The translations under genes were made by a program, and so were the position numbers. The notes below the pieces were generated by a model that was not told where the DNA came from, ran no database searches, and worked only from the letters and a program-made list of their open reading frames with translations. A DNA stretch of 63,568 bases, the filler included, from Reclinomonas americana ATCC 50394 (lineage: Eukaryota): assembly GCA_048213135.1 (NCBI GenBank). It is 5 parts of 5 records of this genome, joined end to end, with 100 filler letters (N's around TTAATTAATTAA, not from the genome) between each part and the next. Parts side by side here need not be neighbours in the genome. Positions count along the whole stretch, not along the records: positions 1 to 16,728 come from PS015453.1; positions 16,829 to 31,812 come from PS015454.1; 3 more parts are not named here. One strand, given 5' to 3'. This document shows, piece after piece, positions 13,601 through 26,648 of the stretch; the first letter of the stretch is position 1, and each line of letters begins with the position of its first letter.

Positions 13601-15800
13601 AGGGTTTCGGAGGAGGAGCTGAAGAGGTCGACTGAGCGGTGGATTGTGCAGAAGAGGAGCCGAGGCGGAACACAGTTTCCTCCTTTTTGCGTTCCTCTTC
13701 GGTCGACCACAGTGGCTCCGGCAGCGCCAGCACCCGCAGACGACCGCGATAGCCGCGCACATCAGTCACCGACGCCGACGAACACACGTCGTGAAACATC
13801 TCCTCCACATCATCCGCAGTCGACGACGGTCGCGCAATCATCTGCACCGCAGCGTAGCGCCCATCCGACGACAGCGTGGCCTCCACAATGTGTGGTGGAT
13901 GGTGGTCGGGATCTGCAATACACCAAGTCATTCACCAACTGCGCTCCTCGGCACNNNNNNNNNNNNNNNNNNNNNNNNNNNNNNNNNNNNNNNNNNNNNN
14001 NNNNNNNNNNNNNNNNNNNNNNNNNNNNNNNNNNNNNNNNNNNNNNNNNNNNNNNNNNNNNNNNNNNNNNNNNNNNNNNNNNNNNNNNNNNNNNNNNNNN
14101 NNNNNNNNNNNNNNNNNNNNNNNNNNNNNNNNNNNNNNNNNNNNNNNNNNNNNNNNNNNNNNNNNNNNNNNNNNNNNNNNNNNNNNNNNNNNNNNNNNNN
14201 NNNNNNNNNNNNNNNNNNNNNNNNNNNNNNNNNNNNNNNNNNNNNNNNNNNNNNNNNNNNNNNNNNNNNNNNNNNNNNNNNNNNNNNNNNNNNNNNNNNN
14301 NNNNNNNNNNNNNNNNNNNNNNNNNNNNNNNNNNNNNNNNNNNNNNNNNNNNNNNNNNNNNNNNNNNNNNNNNNNNNNNNNNNNNNNNNNNNNNNNNNNN
14401 NNNNNNNNNNNNNNNNNNNNNNNNNNNNNNNNNNNNNNNNNNNNNNNNNNNNNNNNNNNNNNNNNNNNNNNNNNNNNNNNNNNNNNNNNNNNNNNNNNNN
14501 NNNNNNNNNNNNNNNNNNNNNNNNNNNNNNNNNNNNNNNNNNNNNNNNNNNNNNNNNNNNNNNNNNNNNNNNNNNNNNNNNNNNNNNNNNNNNNNNNNNN
14601 NNNNNNNNNNNNNNNNNNNNNNNNNNNNNNNNNNNNNNNNNNNNNNNNNNNNNNNNNNNNNNNNNNNNNNNNNNNNNNNNNNNNNNNNNNNNNNNNNNNN
14701 NNNNNNNNNNNNNNNNNNNNNNNNNNNNNNNNNNNNNNNNNNNNNNNNNNNNNNNNNNNNNNNNNNNNNNNNNNNNNNNNNNNNNNNNNNNNNNNNNNNN
14801 NNNNNNNNNNNNNNNNNNNNNNNNNNNNNNNNNNNNNNNNNNNNNNNNNNNNNNNNNNNNNNNNNNNNNACCGACTGCCGCCACTAGCGTACCAGCAGTC
14901 GGCAGGAAGCCTCTGTTCACCGACACGCCCTTGACCTCGAGCAGAATGCCCTCGTACTCCTGGTAGATGGCCTTGCACACGCACAACTCCTTGTCGGAGG
15001 CACACAGGATCACCGGCTGTCCGCCCGGTGTGACCGAGCACGACACGGTGCGTGGCGGCGTGGTGAACGGTAATGCCACCGATGTGGTCTCTGGCGTCAG
15101 CACTGCATCCGTCCACACACATTTGATCAGCAAGACACGAGAGTGTGGAGAGCGTGTAGAAAGAGCGCGCACCGACGAGGCGATTGTGCACACGGGTCTT
15201 GTCCTCTGCATCGGCATACACACGTAGACGCGAATCACTGCCCAGCGTCACCATGTACGTGTCGTTGCGCAAGGTGAAGAAGCCAAAGGAGACCGTCTCG
15301 GGCGCCGACTTGCTGCACCGATCGTCAGCTATGGTGAGAGAGAGAAGGAGAGCAAAGCACACAGCGCGCAACGAGGCTGCTTCGCCAGTCGACGGCTCTC
15401 CCAGCATCGAGAGTACAGCAGAAGGCCGGCACACTGGTGCCGATCGCGAGTCCTGCCGCCGTCGTTGATACACGCCGGCATCGATCTTGTCAATCTCATC
15501 TGCATGCGACACGACACGAGTGAGCGTTTCTGTCATGGATGGCACTTCTCCTCCTCGGCAGTGTAAGTGTGTGAGAGAGAGCGGGAGAGTGAGACTGTCA
15601 TCTGCTTTTCCTCTCGATCGTTTCACACATTCACTCTTCTTCTTCTCTCTCTCCTTCACTCTCTTTCTCTCTCTCCCTCTCTCCTTCTCTGTCCTTCACT
15701 CTCTCTCACCTCCTGCGCGAGAGAGAATCGACTTGACCAGCTTGTCGATCATGCGATACGGCTGAGGCAGCACATCGATATCGCGTTCAGGGTCGAACAT
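10655..15800 (-). CDS. WDR93: WDR93-like WD-repeat protein (ciliary central apparatus family), interrupted by two assembly gaps
   Basis: N-terminus MFDPERDIDVLPQPYRMIDKLVKSIL matches the recalled WDR93 LPQPYRMINKLV motif; WD-like exons (HPSPIMASAISAEGDQLVCGLSNGGVVLWNLTTG; VTLGSDSRLRVY); internal exon structure only partly resolved. Confidence 0.7.
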
Positions 15801-16066
15801 TGTGCACTTCGGAGAGAGTGGTTCGTGGCCAACAAAGATCAACCAGAAGAGCAACCCTGATGCCCACGTTCAACGCCGCGACGGTGACAAATGGCAGGGA
15901 TGAGTCATTGGCCGGAAACTGGAATTTGTCATTTCGGCATCGTGCGAGAGGAGTCACGTTTTTGGTGAAGACAACTCGAGGTTTGCGTTTTCCATCGTCT
16001 GCATATGTGCGCGTGTCCGCCTGTCTGTCTCTGCGCCCTCTTTCCCTTCCGCACGACGATTCGAAC

Positions 16067-16728
16067 ATGCTGTCCCGTGTGTCTGAACTCCTTTTTGCAG
16101 AGCCTCGTGTTCACCAATTGTTCCTTTGTAGCCCGCGTGGAGAGCCAAGACCATCCCACACTTCCCCCCACGCGAGAGAATGCACGGCACTGTGGTTCGA
16201 CGATGGACTGCCACGCTGCCGACAGAGCACACCGACAACCCGTTCCACCCGCTGCACCAACCGTCGACGACTTCCAATCGATTGCCCTGTTCGGTGGTCG
16301 TCACTCCTGCGCCTCACGAGCACACGGATGACGACGAAGACGATGCCATGCGCATGATGGAGGAGGAGGAAGAGGAGGAAGAGGAAGAGGAGGAGGAAGA
16401 AGAGGAGGAGGACATTGTCATGACGGCCCAAGTGGCCGAAGCATGCGCACCGTCCACCTCACTGTGCGGCCTGCTGTTACTGGAGGACACCAACGCATTG
16501 AGTCTGATCCCGTCGGTGATCTGTGTGGATGGAGAGCAGAGGCAGGTGCGTGTGCTGGGGCGAGCGCCGGCACACAAGGCAGCATTGGACCCGCGAACAT
16601 CAGCTCAGTTTCGTCCATACGCATGTCTGCCGGAGAGTAGGAACAATCAATCTGTTTTACTCATCGCTGCGCCTCCCCAACGTCCACACAAAACAGGGTG
16701 CAATTCACCTTGTACGGCGCCTCGCTGG
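16067..16728 (+). CDS. Hypothetical protein with acidic poly-Glu tract, truncated by gap
   Basis: ATG 16067 and open frame 16180-16728 with DDDEDD/EEEE run; no recognisable domain. Confidence 0.4.
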
Positions 16729-16772
16729 NNNNNNNNNNNNNNNNNNNNNNNNNNNNNNNNNNNNNNNNNNNN

Positions 16773-16784
16773 TTAATTAATTAA
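16773..16784. other. Assembly linker TTAATTAATTAA inside an N gap (also 31857-31868, 60573-60584, 62334-62345)
   Basis: Identical palindromic 12-mer with stops in all six frames, centred in N runs four times. Confidence 0.95.
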
Positions 16785-16828
16785 NNNNNNNNNNNNNNNN
16801 NNNNNNNNNNNNNNNNNNNNNNNNNNNN

Positions 16829-17122
16829 GCATGCGTTGCCGAGTGCCTTGACTTGGCGCACAAAGAAGCGTGGCGTGGCGTGTGCCGACGGCGTCGGCAC
16901 CACAGCGTCGCGTCCTGCCTCGTGCTCCTCGGCCGCCGCACCCGTGCTGCGGTCGGGGAACAGGAAGATGAGGGCGAGGGCGGGCGAGGGCGTCATGGCC
17001 AGCAGTTCCTCGTCCAGCCCGTACACGTCGCAAAACGCCCACTCGGCCGTCGACACGCCCAGCTTCTCCAGCAGCGAGTTGAAGGCGTCGGGGTTGCTCT
17101 CCAGTGCAGACCAGCCAGCCAT
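16829..17122 (-). CDS. Ubiquitin C-terminal hydrolase, peptidase C12 (UCH-L1/L3-like), N-terminal part; remainder lost in gap
   Basis: MAGWSALESNPDAFNSLLEKLGV...FCDVYGLDEELLAMTPSPALALIFLFP...FFVRQ..LGNAC (oxyanion Q and catalytic C). Confidence 0.9.
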
Positions 17123-17473
17123 TCTATTTTTGTGTGCGTGTGTGAGTGTGAGGAACAATAATGTGCAAGTTGTCCCGTGAATGCAATCACAGAGAGTGTG
17201 TGTGTGTGAGTTGTGTGTGTGTGTGTGTGACAAGGGGAGGGAGAAGAGGCTGAATGCAGACCTTCGATTGAGGGGTTGAGATTTGATTTAATTTCGGTCG
17301 CCCGTTCAGTTGATCGGGGTGTCGCGCGGTTTTTCTTCGTTGAATTTTACCGTTTTCAAGGCAGAGTGCGAGAGAACATCACGCCATCGTCACCACGACC
17401 GCAGTGAACAAGCGCACACGCACACACACAAGCACACGCACGCACGCTTCCTCTGGAATCTCGTTGCACAGAC

Positions 17474-20400
17474 ATGCAGGGAATGCTGTTGCGTCGATCA
17501 CGCTTGGTGTCGTTTTTCCGGTTAACACAATGATCGCTCACTCTCTCTCTCCCTTCCACAGCGAGACCGCAAGTGTGGGACCGTCGGGTGTCGTTGTTGG
17601 TGCGGATGAGCAGCTGCAGCGCGGTCGCAGCACCGGAAAAAAGGGCACTCGCCGACGACGCAGTGTGGTGTCGGCACCGAGTCGATCGCCGGTGAACGCG
17701 TCGCGTGTGTCCCGGCCGGTGGCGCGCGAGACCGGTCGCAAGAATGCAGCGCCGGGCACACCCAAGGGCCCCGGTAAGCGAAAGCTGCAGAAGACTGTGG
17801 GAGACGCGCCGCAGCTGGAGGGCGAGTTGACGACGATTGAGCTGGACCTGGACGAGGCGCCGGCCAGCGCCGCCACCGACATTGACATGAGTGACTCGTG
17901 CGATGGCCCGCACGGCATCAGTGGAGAGGAGGACAACGTGTCGGAGGTGGCACCGTTGTCGGCCATGCACACGGACTTGGCGTTGCACGCGGTCAACATG
18001 GCGATCTTGGCTCAGCGGCGACCAGTGACACTGGCGGAGCGATCGGCTCTGCGCCTCCGAGCTGGCCTTGAAAAGGTGTGTGTGTTTTAGGAGAGAGGGG
18101 CGAATTGCTGCGCGTGTGGAGAGACTAACCGTGCGGCTTGCAATTCCCTCCATGCAGCGATTTGCCGAAGCCACGGTCCAGTCGCAGAACGTTGAGCCTG
18201 CTGGTGGTGTGGCCGCGTTGCCTGGCGCACAGGCTGATGGCTCTGTGGTTCTCGTTTCGCCACGCAGTCTGCAATCGCCGAGATTGTCGCTTTCGCCGTC
18301 ACGACGAGCGGCGCAGTCCGACAATGCTGTCGCACCTAGTGCCGGTCGCTCGCTTCCAGGTCTGCTGGCGCCCGCGGACTCAACGACGACAACTGCAAGC
18401 AATCTTCCAGCCCCTGTATCCCCACGTCGTGCGCACTCGCCGATGAAGTCCCCTCGGTTGTCGCCGCGCCCGTCAGCAGCTCCCCTGTCGCCTCGTCCAT
18501 CCACCGCCGGCTCTGTTTCGCCGCGTGTTTCACCGCGACCAGTTGTGTCGCCCGGAAGGCGACAGCCGTCGTCCACTGCCGCCATGCCACCCACACCCAT
18601 GCCGCAACTCTTGCAACAGAAGCAGCAGCAACAGCAGCAACAACAACAAGTCAGAAAACCCAAGAGCGCCGAACCGTTGCTTTCACCGCGATCGCACCCG
18701 GTCTCTCCGCGCCCATCGAGTCTGCAAGCACCAGCAGTCGCCAGCAAGTCACCATCACCACCGCCACCACCCCCACCGCCTCCAGTTCCGCGAGAGCAAG
18801 CGGCACAGCGCAGCCGGCCTTCAGTGTCGCCTGGTCGTCACGCACCGTCCGTCTCTCCTCGTCGACAGGCGCCAGCTCCCACTCCTGCACAGCCTCCGGC
18901 GGCGTACTCGCCGAGGCCCTCGTCAGTGTCGCCGCGTCGACAGACGTCAGCCGGCGTGTCGCCCCTGCGCAGCGGTGCCGAGACACGCAAGCCATCACTG
19001 CCGGGCCTCGTGGTCAAGTACGTGGTTCCGATTGCGCCGCTCACGTGTGTGGAGACACCGGCGACGGCCAGAGCAGCAGAGCGATACGGTCGCCCGGTCA
19101 CGCGACCAGGTGGCCAGCACGGCGCAGTTGTCAGCAAGCGCAGCACCACTGCCACCAACATTCCCAGCAGAAGTCGCTCGCAGTCGGCTGGGGCGGCGGC
19201 GGCACGGGCGACCAAGGCAGCCAAGGCCGGCTCTCGTGTTCGTTTCCTGGATCTGGAGCCGGTGCCGGCAATGCCCGACGACGCCACGTCGGCCAACTCA
19301 CCACCGGCCACCCCCAGTGGCGTGTCGGAGGCGCAGACTGCTCCGTCTCGATCGGCTCCACCGAGCCCGCCACCACAAGCCGACAAGAAGGCAGAGGATG
19401 CGTTGGAGAACACAANNNNNNNNNNNNNNNNNNNNACCAAACATGCTGGTGACCGAGTCGCTACCGCTGCCGCTGTTGGGTGACACCGGTCCGGAGCCAC
19501 GCGGCGACGGTGGCGAGGTTGGCATATTCAAAGGTGGCGGTGGGCGCACACCGCGTGGTGACAGTGGTGGCGGTGCTGCCGGCATTTGCGGCTGCGGTGG
19601 CGCCGGCAGCGCTGGCGACGACGAGCCTTGTCGGACACGCGGGGCCGGCAGCGATGGCATGGGCGCCGCTGGTGCCGACATGAGTGGCACCGCGCTGGCC
19701 GAAGGCAGTCGCACCGGCGGCGGTGCCGTAGGCATGCTCTGTCTTGCCGACATGACGGGGATCGACGCCGTGCTGCGCACCACCTGTGGAGGACTGGCTG
19801 TGGCACCGGCCGCAGAGGCGGTCTGCAGCGGCCGCCGACGACCACTGGAGCCACCGTCGTCCTCGCTGCTGCTCGTCTCGGGTTCGGGCGACGGCGAGAG
19901 CGCCAGAGGCATGACGCCGTCGGCACCACGGCGACCGCCCTCCTCGTCGCTGCTGTTGCCGTCGGGAGACTCGCGCCACAGACGCTGCTTGGTGACAGGG
20001 CGGACACCGGTCACCTCGTGCTCCACTTCGTGCTCGATCTCCACGTGACGCCACTTGGGCACCGAGGCATCCACCGACAGGCGTCGGCGCGGTGACGGCA
20101 ACGGACCAGGCGGCAGCGAGGCCACGGCGGCCGGCTTGGAGTTGCGGTCGTCGAGCTCTCTCTGCACCTCCACCAGGAGCACCTTGAGCTCGGCGCGCCG
20201 ACGCGCTTCCGCCTCTCGCTTCCNNNNNNNNNNNNNNNNNNNNCCGCGACCGACTCCACCCGCCATTGGTGGTGGTGCTGGTGGCGCTGTTGGTATCGCC
20301 TCGCGCTTCACGCCACCCAGCGCCCCTGTCAGCTCAGTCGCCTCCATGTCGTCGCTGTCGTCGTCTGCGTCCTCCCCATCGGCATCGCCGTCGCCGCCGC

Positions 20401-20840
20401 CCGCTGAGACGCCGACTAGTACCGCTCGTTTCGCCACCATTGAGGTGCTGCCGGCCATGCCGACCGCCGCCACCGACGACAGCGGCTCGCCACCCACCGA
20501 CAAGACCTCGGCCGGCAGCTTTGGCCACGTGCTCGGCCTGCTGATGCCGAGCAAGGTGCGATCGCTGTCGCTGGATGTCAACGTGGAGGACGACGGCGAG
20601 GAGGAAGAGGAAGAGGACGAGTCCGACGACGAGGCAGATATCCCCGCGGAACGCGTGGTGCTCTCCCGGCCCGAACGCTCCTCGCCGTTCAAGGCCTCGT
20701 CGCCTCTCTCCAGCTCCAACTCTCTCGGCATGATGCTCTCGATGCCACGCGCCATTCCCCGTGCCGTCGCTCTCGGTGGTGGACCCGCCTCACCGACCTC
20801 CCCCAGGCGAACAGGCTTCGCCGCTCTCCGCAGTCCCTAA
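17474..20840 (+). CDS. Long Ser/Pro/Arg-rich disordered protein; middle contig 19436-20223 appears in inverted orientation
   Basis: Probable start MQGML|ETASV via intron 17488-17561; SPR-rich frames at 18068-19415 and 20244-20840 on +; 19436-20223 encodes the matching sequence on -. Confidence 0.55.
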
Positions 20841-20910
20841 AGAATGAGAATAGCGAGAAGAGAGAAAAAAAGAACTAGTTTTTTTAGGTGTACAAACACA
20901 GTGTAAATGG

Positions 20911-20935
20911 CACAATTTTGGAAGGAAACGCCTTG
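20911..20935 (+). repeat. 25-bp direct repeat, copy 1 (CACAATTTTGGAAGGAAACGCCTTG)
   Basis: Identical to 21957-21981. Confidence 0.9.
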
Positions 20936-21255
20936 GGTCTCAGCATATGCACCTTCCGATGTTTCTGCTGTCGTTTCACAAGCTTCCAAATTAATTAAGG
21001 TCCTGAAAATTTTACGCCGTGCGTGCAGACGATTTCCTGCACACAACCGAAGCGAGTGGTGAAGGCTTCGTGACGTCGACTTCAGCCCGTGGTCAGCTGG
21101 CCGCAGGATTAAGTGCCCTGGACAGCCAGTGCCTTGGAGCACGCGACGGCAAGCCGAAGGGAACGAAAATGGAATCACGAAAGCAGCAGCTGCGCAGAAT
21201 GACACAGAGATTCCAAGAAAGACTGAGACGGAGCGAGAAGCAAGCAAAGCCAGGG

Positions 21256-21779
21256 CTAGCGGGCAGCTTCAATGTTCACAAACGCATTGCGAATCATGAT
21301 CGCCTGGCTTCCACCCTCGCTTTGAGCGGTGTTCACCTCGTCAAGCATGATCGAGATCTCAGCGAGAATTTGTCTGTAGTCTGGATAGTCAAGATGGTCG
21401 GCAAACACACCTCGGGCGTCCAGGACTGCCTGCTGCGAGGTTCCGGGAAGGAGCCGACAGAGCGTCTCCACAACTGCGTCCAGCTCTTCCATCAACTGTG
21501 CTCGCGTCTCCTCGTCAACAGGCTCAACACTGACAGAAACGATGAGATGACACGCTGACGAGGAACAAACTTGCGCGGAGTGGGACGGTGCTCAAGAGAC
21601 CTGAGCGGGGGATCGGGAGAGTATTCCAGCAGAGGTCGGCCATGAGAGTCACCGACAGCGGGCTGCGCGTCCCACGCTCGAGCGCGCTCGCATTGCCTGG
21701 CGAACACTGTCAGCATGTTCTCTGAAAGGAGCAGAATGCGTGTGCCCTGCTCGCCTTCGGTCCATGTTGCTGCGCGCAT
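21256..21779 (-). CDS. Small two-exon hypothetical protein lying between the 25-bp direct repeats
   Basis: MRAATWTEGEQG...RPTPR|NVEPVDEETRAQLMEELDAVVETLCRLL...IEAAR* joined by a GTTTGT..CAG intron; no recognised domain. Confidence 0.4.
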
Positions 21780-21956
21780 CTCTGGTGTGAGAAAATAGGT
21801 CACCGCACACACCCAAAGGTCACAACAACCGCATGCGTACCTCAAGCTTGTGCCAGACATTGTGTCGGAATCCCAAGGTGCCACTGCTCCCAGTGAGAAG
21901 ATTTGACTGTGGCAATGGACGAATTAATCGAAGAATCCGCGAATGTCAACAAAGGC

Positions 21957-21981
21957 CACAATTTTGGAAGGAAACGCCTTG
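21957..21981 (+). repeat. 25-bp direct repeat, copy 2
   Basis: Identical to 20911-20935; ends 45 nt before ATG 22027. Confidence 0.9.
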
Positions 21982-22026
21982 AGTCCGAAACTGAATGAAA
22001 TTCAGCGGCTCTCTGCTACGCGAACC

Positions 22027-23755
22027 ATGGCCGAGTCACCGCGACAACTTCGCGAGACACTTCTTCGCCGCGAACCACTCGGCTTCACACCACCACGCAA
22101 GTGCGTCCAAACGCCTTGCGTCTGTATGTGCGCGCACTCACGTCACTCTCTCTCTCTCACTCACTGTCACACAGACCACCACCAGCAGCATCCAAGCACA
22201 TCACCGCTGCGTCGCCGCGATCGTCGGTGCCACCTACGATCATCACCGATGCGTTGGTGCGCGTGCGACAGCTGGTGCAGGCGGCGCCGGCGCGCACCAT
22301 GAGCGATTTGCGTGTGAGTGCGCGCAAGGCGGCGCAAGCGATGCACGCCGTGTCGGTGTTGGAGCAATCGCTGGAGCGGAAGCAGGAGCAGCAGCGGCAA
22401 CAGCAGGAGGCTGATGAGCAAAAGGCGATGAGCGTGACATCGCCTGTGCCACGACTGAAGCTGGAGAAGGAGCAACCAAAGACGTTTGTCGAGCAGGTGG
22501 CGTTGCACATGCGCGAGGATATGGAGAGACAGCGTGCGCAGCTGGCGATGGTGCGGTTACATGCGGTGGAGGAGGCGGGTTTGGTGGAGACACCGCGACC
22601 GCGGACTCCGCGCGATCTGCTCGGTTCGTTCCGAGGAGCAGTTGTGGTCGACGATGCCGCTGCGGCGGAGGGGAACGATGGGGGTGGTGGTGGTAGTGGT
22701 CAGAGTGTGCATCGGTTACGGAGGCGCGTCGAGAAGGAGGTTCCGATGGCGTCGCCGAGTCCAGGGGTGCGCTCACGCAGTTCGACGTTGTGAATCTTGC
22801 TTTCACACGATGTGGTGATGCTCATCTTCTCCTTTTTGTTGTGGTTGTGTAGTTGACGCTGCTGAGTAGCCGCTCGAGTGCGGCCACCACGCCACGGCGT
22901 GCGGTGAGCTCGATGGCCGCCTTTAGTACGCCGGAACGGCGGGAGACGAGTGAGGATGAGCGACAATCGCAGCGAGCTGCCACGACCGACATTCACGTGT
23001 TTCCGCCACGCTCGTCGCTGGTGGAGCACGCCGAGGAGCTCGCCAAGACACAAAAGGTGTTCAAGGCGAGAGTACGGGCACGCTCGCCTGCGCCTCCAGT
23101 ATCGCCACCACCACCACCGCCTCCACCAGCCGACGATTTGTGGGGCAAGAAGGGTGCGTCACGTCGTCACCTTCTTCTGACATGATCCTCGTCCCTCACG
23201 ACCTCTTTTTTTTGTTGTTGCGGTATCGCTGCCATAGGCATTCCCTTCTGCATGACTCCAAAGTTCACCGATTTGCCCGACACCTCGGCCACCGCCGCAA
23301 CTGCACACTCGTACACTGGGCCTGGCATTCTGTCGCACCAGTCGCCACGGTCGGTGGGCGGCATTCCCTTCAGCAAGGATCCAATGGGCTACGAAATAGG
23401 GCCACTCGCGACGCCGTACCACCCCATCGATGTCAATTATGTGCCACATCCGGCGTCGCGCTGGTCGGCCGACGGTCTGCATCGCAAGATTCGTCACCGC
23501 AAGTTCCCACGCGAAGACGAGCTGGCCCCCTCAATACCGCCGGTGCCGCGGATATCACCGATGCGTGTGGCCTCGAGTTCCGCGCTGCATGGTCGTTCCA
23601 AGAGTCCACCAGGCGGCGCCCTGTCGGCCCGGTCACCGAGGAGTCCACGTGGTATGTCGCCACGGCGATCGGCCACCTCGTTGTCACATCGGCACTTTGG
23701 GCGTAACCTGGCCGGCTCGCACCTCGATCGCAACGTCATGGCTGACGCCTTCTAA
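22027..23755 (+). CDS. Hypothetical multi-exon protein (coiled-coil N-terminal part, SPR-rich C-terminal part)
   Basis: MAESPRQLRETLLRR...; consecutive ORF segments separated by GT-AG introns; TAA at 23755. Confidence 0.55.
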
Positions 23756-23815
23756 TCATCATCATCGTCGCCGCTCAATTCAACAATGTAAGATGTTTTT
23801 AAATGTTTACTCGCA

Positions 23816-26648
23816 CTACACCGCCACATTCCACTGCTGCAGCACTCGCGTCAGCTGCTCGACAAACAGACGCGTCTCGAACGTATTCGTATTGGTGGTC
23901 ATCTCCAGGTACTGACTCAAGCACTGCACGGCGGTTTTGGCGAACGCAACCTGCGTCTGCGGTGGCAGCTGCAAAGTGGAGACGTCGTTGTACATGTACA
24001 CGTTGAGCATGCCGCGCGTGTACAGCACCGGCTCCATCCTAAACATCAGCACCGAGTCCTTGACCAGCACGCGCATCAACCTGGCGGCGATTCGGTCGAC
24101 AGCCTTCATGGCCTCGTGACGCTCGACCGACACTCCCAGCGTGTACACATTCTGCACACCGGCACACACACACACACATAGCGTGTGAGCCATCACCGCG
24201 ACACACAAGTCAAACATAGGGGGGCAAAAAAACGGCGAGCTCACCGTCGCCGTCCAGTCGAGACCCGAAAGCAACACGAAAATGACATTCTCGCGAGCCC
24301 ACGCCTCCCACGAGCTCCCGGGAACGACAGTGTCGGCGAGAGCCAAGTGATCGTCGTCGAATGTGAAGGCCGCCTGCACACGCCCACGCGAGTCAGCAGC
24401 GATTCGCCGTGTGAGTGATGAGGACTGGCGGGCGAACGCAACATCGGCATACTTGATCGAATCCACAATGTCGACGTTCGCCGTTGCTGACTTGCGGATC
24501 ACACGACGGGCCAGACCCACGTCCAGCAGTGTGTATTGGTCACTCATCCACCACGGCTCGCCAGCAATCTGCATCACACCGCGGAACAGGTACACGTCAA
24601 AGTTGTCCATGTTGGCCTCCAAGAACGCCGGCATGCTGAAAGCACCGTACTGCTCGTACAGGTGCGCCTCGTGTGACCTGCGGAGAGTAGTGAGTACGAA
24701 TACGACGCTGTCGTCGCTTCGTCGCATGACACGCACCAATACAGTCCAGGGAACACAACGCCCGGCACATGGGGCGTGATCAGTTTCCGGTACCACGCAG
24801 TTCCCATGAGATCCTGCGCCAAGACACGCACGTCTGTGCGGAACCGCAGACATGATTGCACGTAGCGCACCGCCGATGTCCCTATATCGGTGGACACCAA
24901 CAGCAGCGCGTTGGGTGGCAGCGGCCGCAGAATCGCCCAGCCCAGCTCCTCGAACACGATGCGGTCGGAGCGGTCGACATCGTGCCACACTCGCGCCACG
25001 TGCCACGAAGCCACCACAAGCAGCACTGCCACGGCAATCACCATCAGCGTGCGCGGATGCATTCGGCGTGTCTTCGTCGTCACCGTCGTGGTGGTGGTGG
25101 TGGTGGTGGTGGACGTAGTGTGCGCACAAACAGTGCACCGCTGCTCAACCCACTCGTACAGAACGCTCACGCCGAGACCGCACAAGACAAGTGCAGCGTG
25201 CAGCGGCTGCAACCAGAAACGCGAGACGATTTCAGCCCACACCGCAACGTCCGGATTGGCGTTGTTGCGGGCGCCGAAGAACACCATGTAGAAGGTGAGC
25301 ATGCTCAGGAGCAGCGGCACAAACATGCGCAGCATCCGAGCGTGTGCGCCGCCTTGACGAGTGCGGGTGACCGTGCGATAGAAAAAGTGCACCACGCCGA
25401 TCAGGAGGAGAACAGAACCGAGGCCGCCGGTGATGCGCTGCAGGCGATCACCAAAGAGGCCAATGGTGCGCATAATGTCGGGATCCATGGTGCCGAAGGG
25501 GTCGTCGCCGGGCACAAGGCGGAACGTGCCGTACTCCTGACGCAGCACGTGTCGGAGGAATTCCGCCAGTGTGGTGTGCGTTCCTGCGTGCGACCAGCCG
25601 CGATTCGTTCTCAGCGCTCTACGAGACAAGAAGAAGAAGAGAGGCAACGTACCCCACGACAGCGGCGTTGACGAGTACAGCGACGACAGCGGCAAGTACA
25701 AGTACGGTGAGAGGCCGAGCACACCGAGCACAGCGTACTTGGCGAGCAGCGATGGCTGCAACAGGAGCTCCATTCGCAGCGCCACGACAACGTACACGGC
25801 AAGCGGGAGCTGTGATAAAGGTGAGAGGAAGCGGCAGGCGACTTGAGAGAAGCGATCCGCGTACCACAAACAGCACGGCAGTGTGCTGGTTGGTCAGCGC
25901 CAGAGCACAGACAAAGACGCCCCACTGCGACCAGCGAATCGCACGAGCTGCGACGTCGAGAGCGGAGATGAGAAGCACCGCGGGCTGCGACAAACACAGA
26001 AGACGACGATTGCAACTGCTCGAATCCTGCAATGCGGAGCTGAACTCGACCGTAAGCCACAGAATGAGGCTGGTAAAGAGGTTGTTGAGGGCAAACACCT
26101 CCGCTCCAGTCGCATACTCCCACGTCCACGGACTCAGGTAGAAGAAGCCGGTGCACAGCATGGCGGCAGGAATGCATCGCCGAGTCACTCGGCAAATGAC
26201 ATAAAAGAGCGTGGCCGCCGCTGCCGCCGAGATGGCGGCATTCATCAGGTTCATCGCGTACGCCGGCTGCGCGCCGACGAGGCGCAGAGCTTCGATGCAC
26301 AGTTTGCTGACAATCATCAGCAGGGGATACCCCGGTGGATGCGCCACTCCCGCTTGCTCGGCTGCACATTGCGTGAGTGGCATGTGTGAGAGAGAGAGAG
26401 AGAGAGAGCGTGTCACCCACAACATGGTACGCACCAACGGCAATGATCTCGCCCGAGTCGCCGCCCGCAATGGAGGGGTACACCGTGCGGCCGAAGAGGA
26501 GGGCAAACACGCAGAAACACAGCAGTGTGCAACGACGCACAGTTGCCGCTGAGCTGAAGCAGTGCTCCGCCGATGCATTCTCCACTTGTTTGCTGTCTTT
26601 GCTGCTGACAGCCGCAGTCTCGGGGACCACCACCGCCGCTCCCTCCAT
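23816..26648 (-). CDS. TMEM260: TMEM260/DUF2723 multi-pass protein O-mannosyltransferase
   Basis: VYPSIAGGDSGEII..A...GVAHPPGYPL, TWEYATGAEVFALNNLF, LALTNQHTAVLF, GLSPYLYLP..SWG, FLRHVLRQEYGTFRL, IVSRFWLQ, ILRPLPPNALLL..D...AVRYVQSC; start codon inferred. Confidence 0.9.

Noticed and set aside
12540..15659. Very long ORFs in the ORF track spanning N runs
   Set aside because: Artefacts of translating through gaps.
16773..16784. Recurrent palindrome TTAATTAATTAA (four copies)
   Set aside because: Always centred in N runs; it is an artificial six-frame-stop scaffold linker, not biology.
17356..20755. Long antisense ORFs overlapping genes (e.g. 17356-18747, 19298-20755)
   Set aside because: Shadow frames of GC-rich coding DNA; 19298-20755 is a chimera across a gap and an inverted contig.
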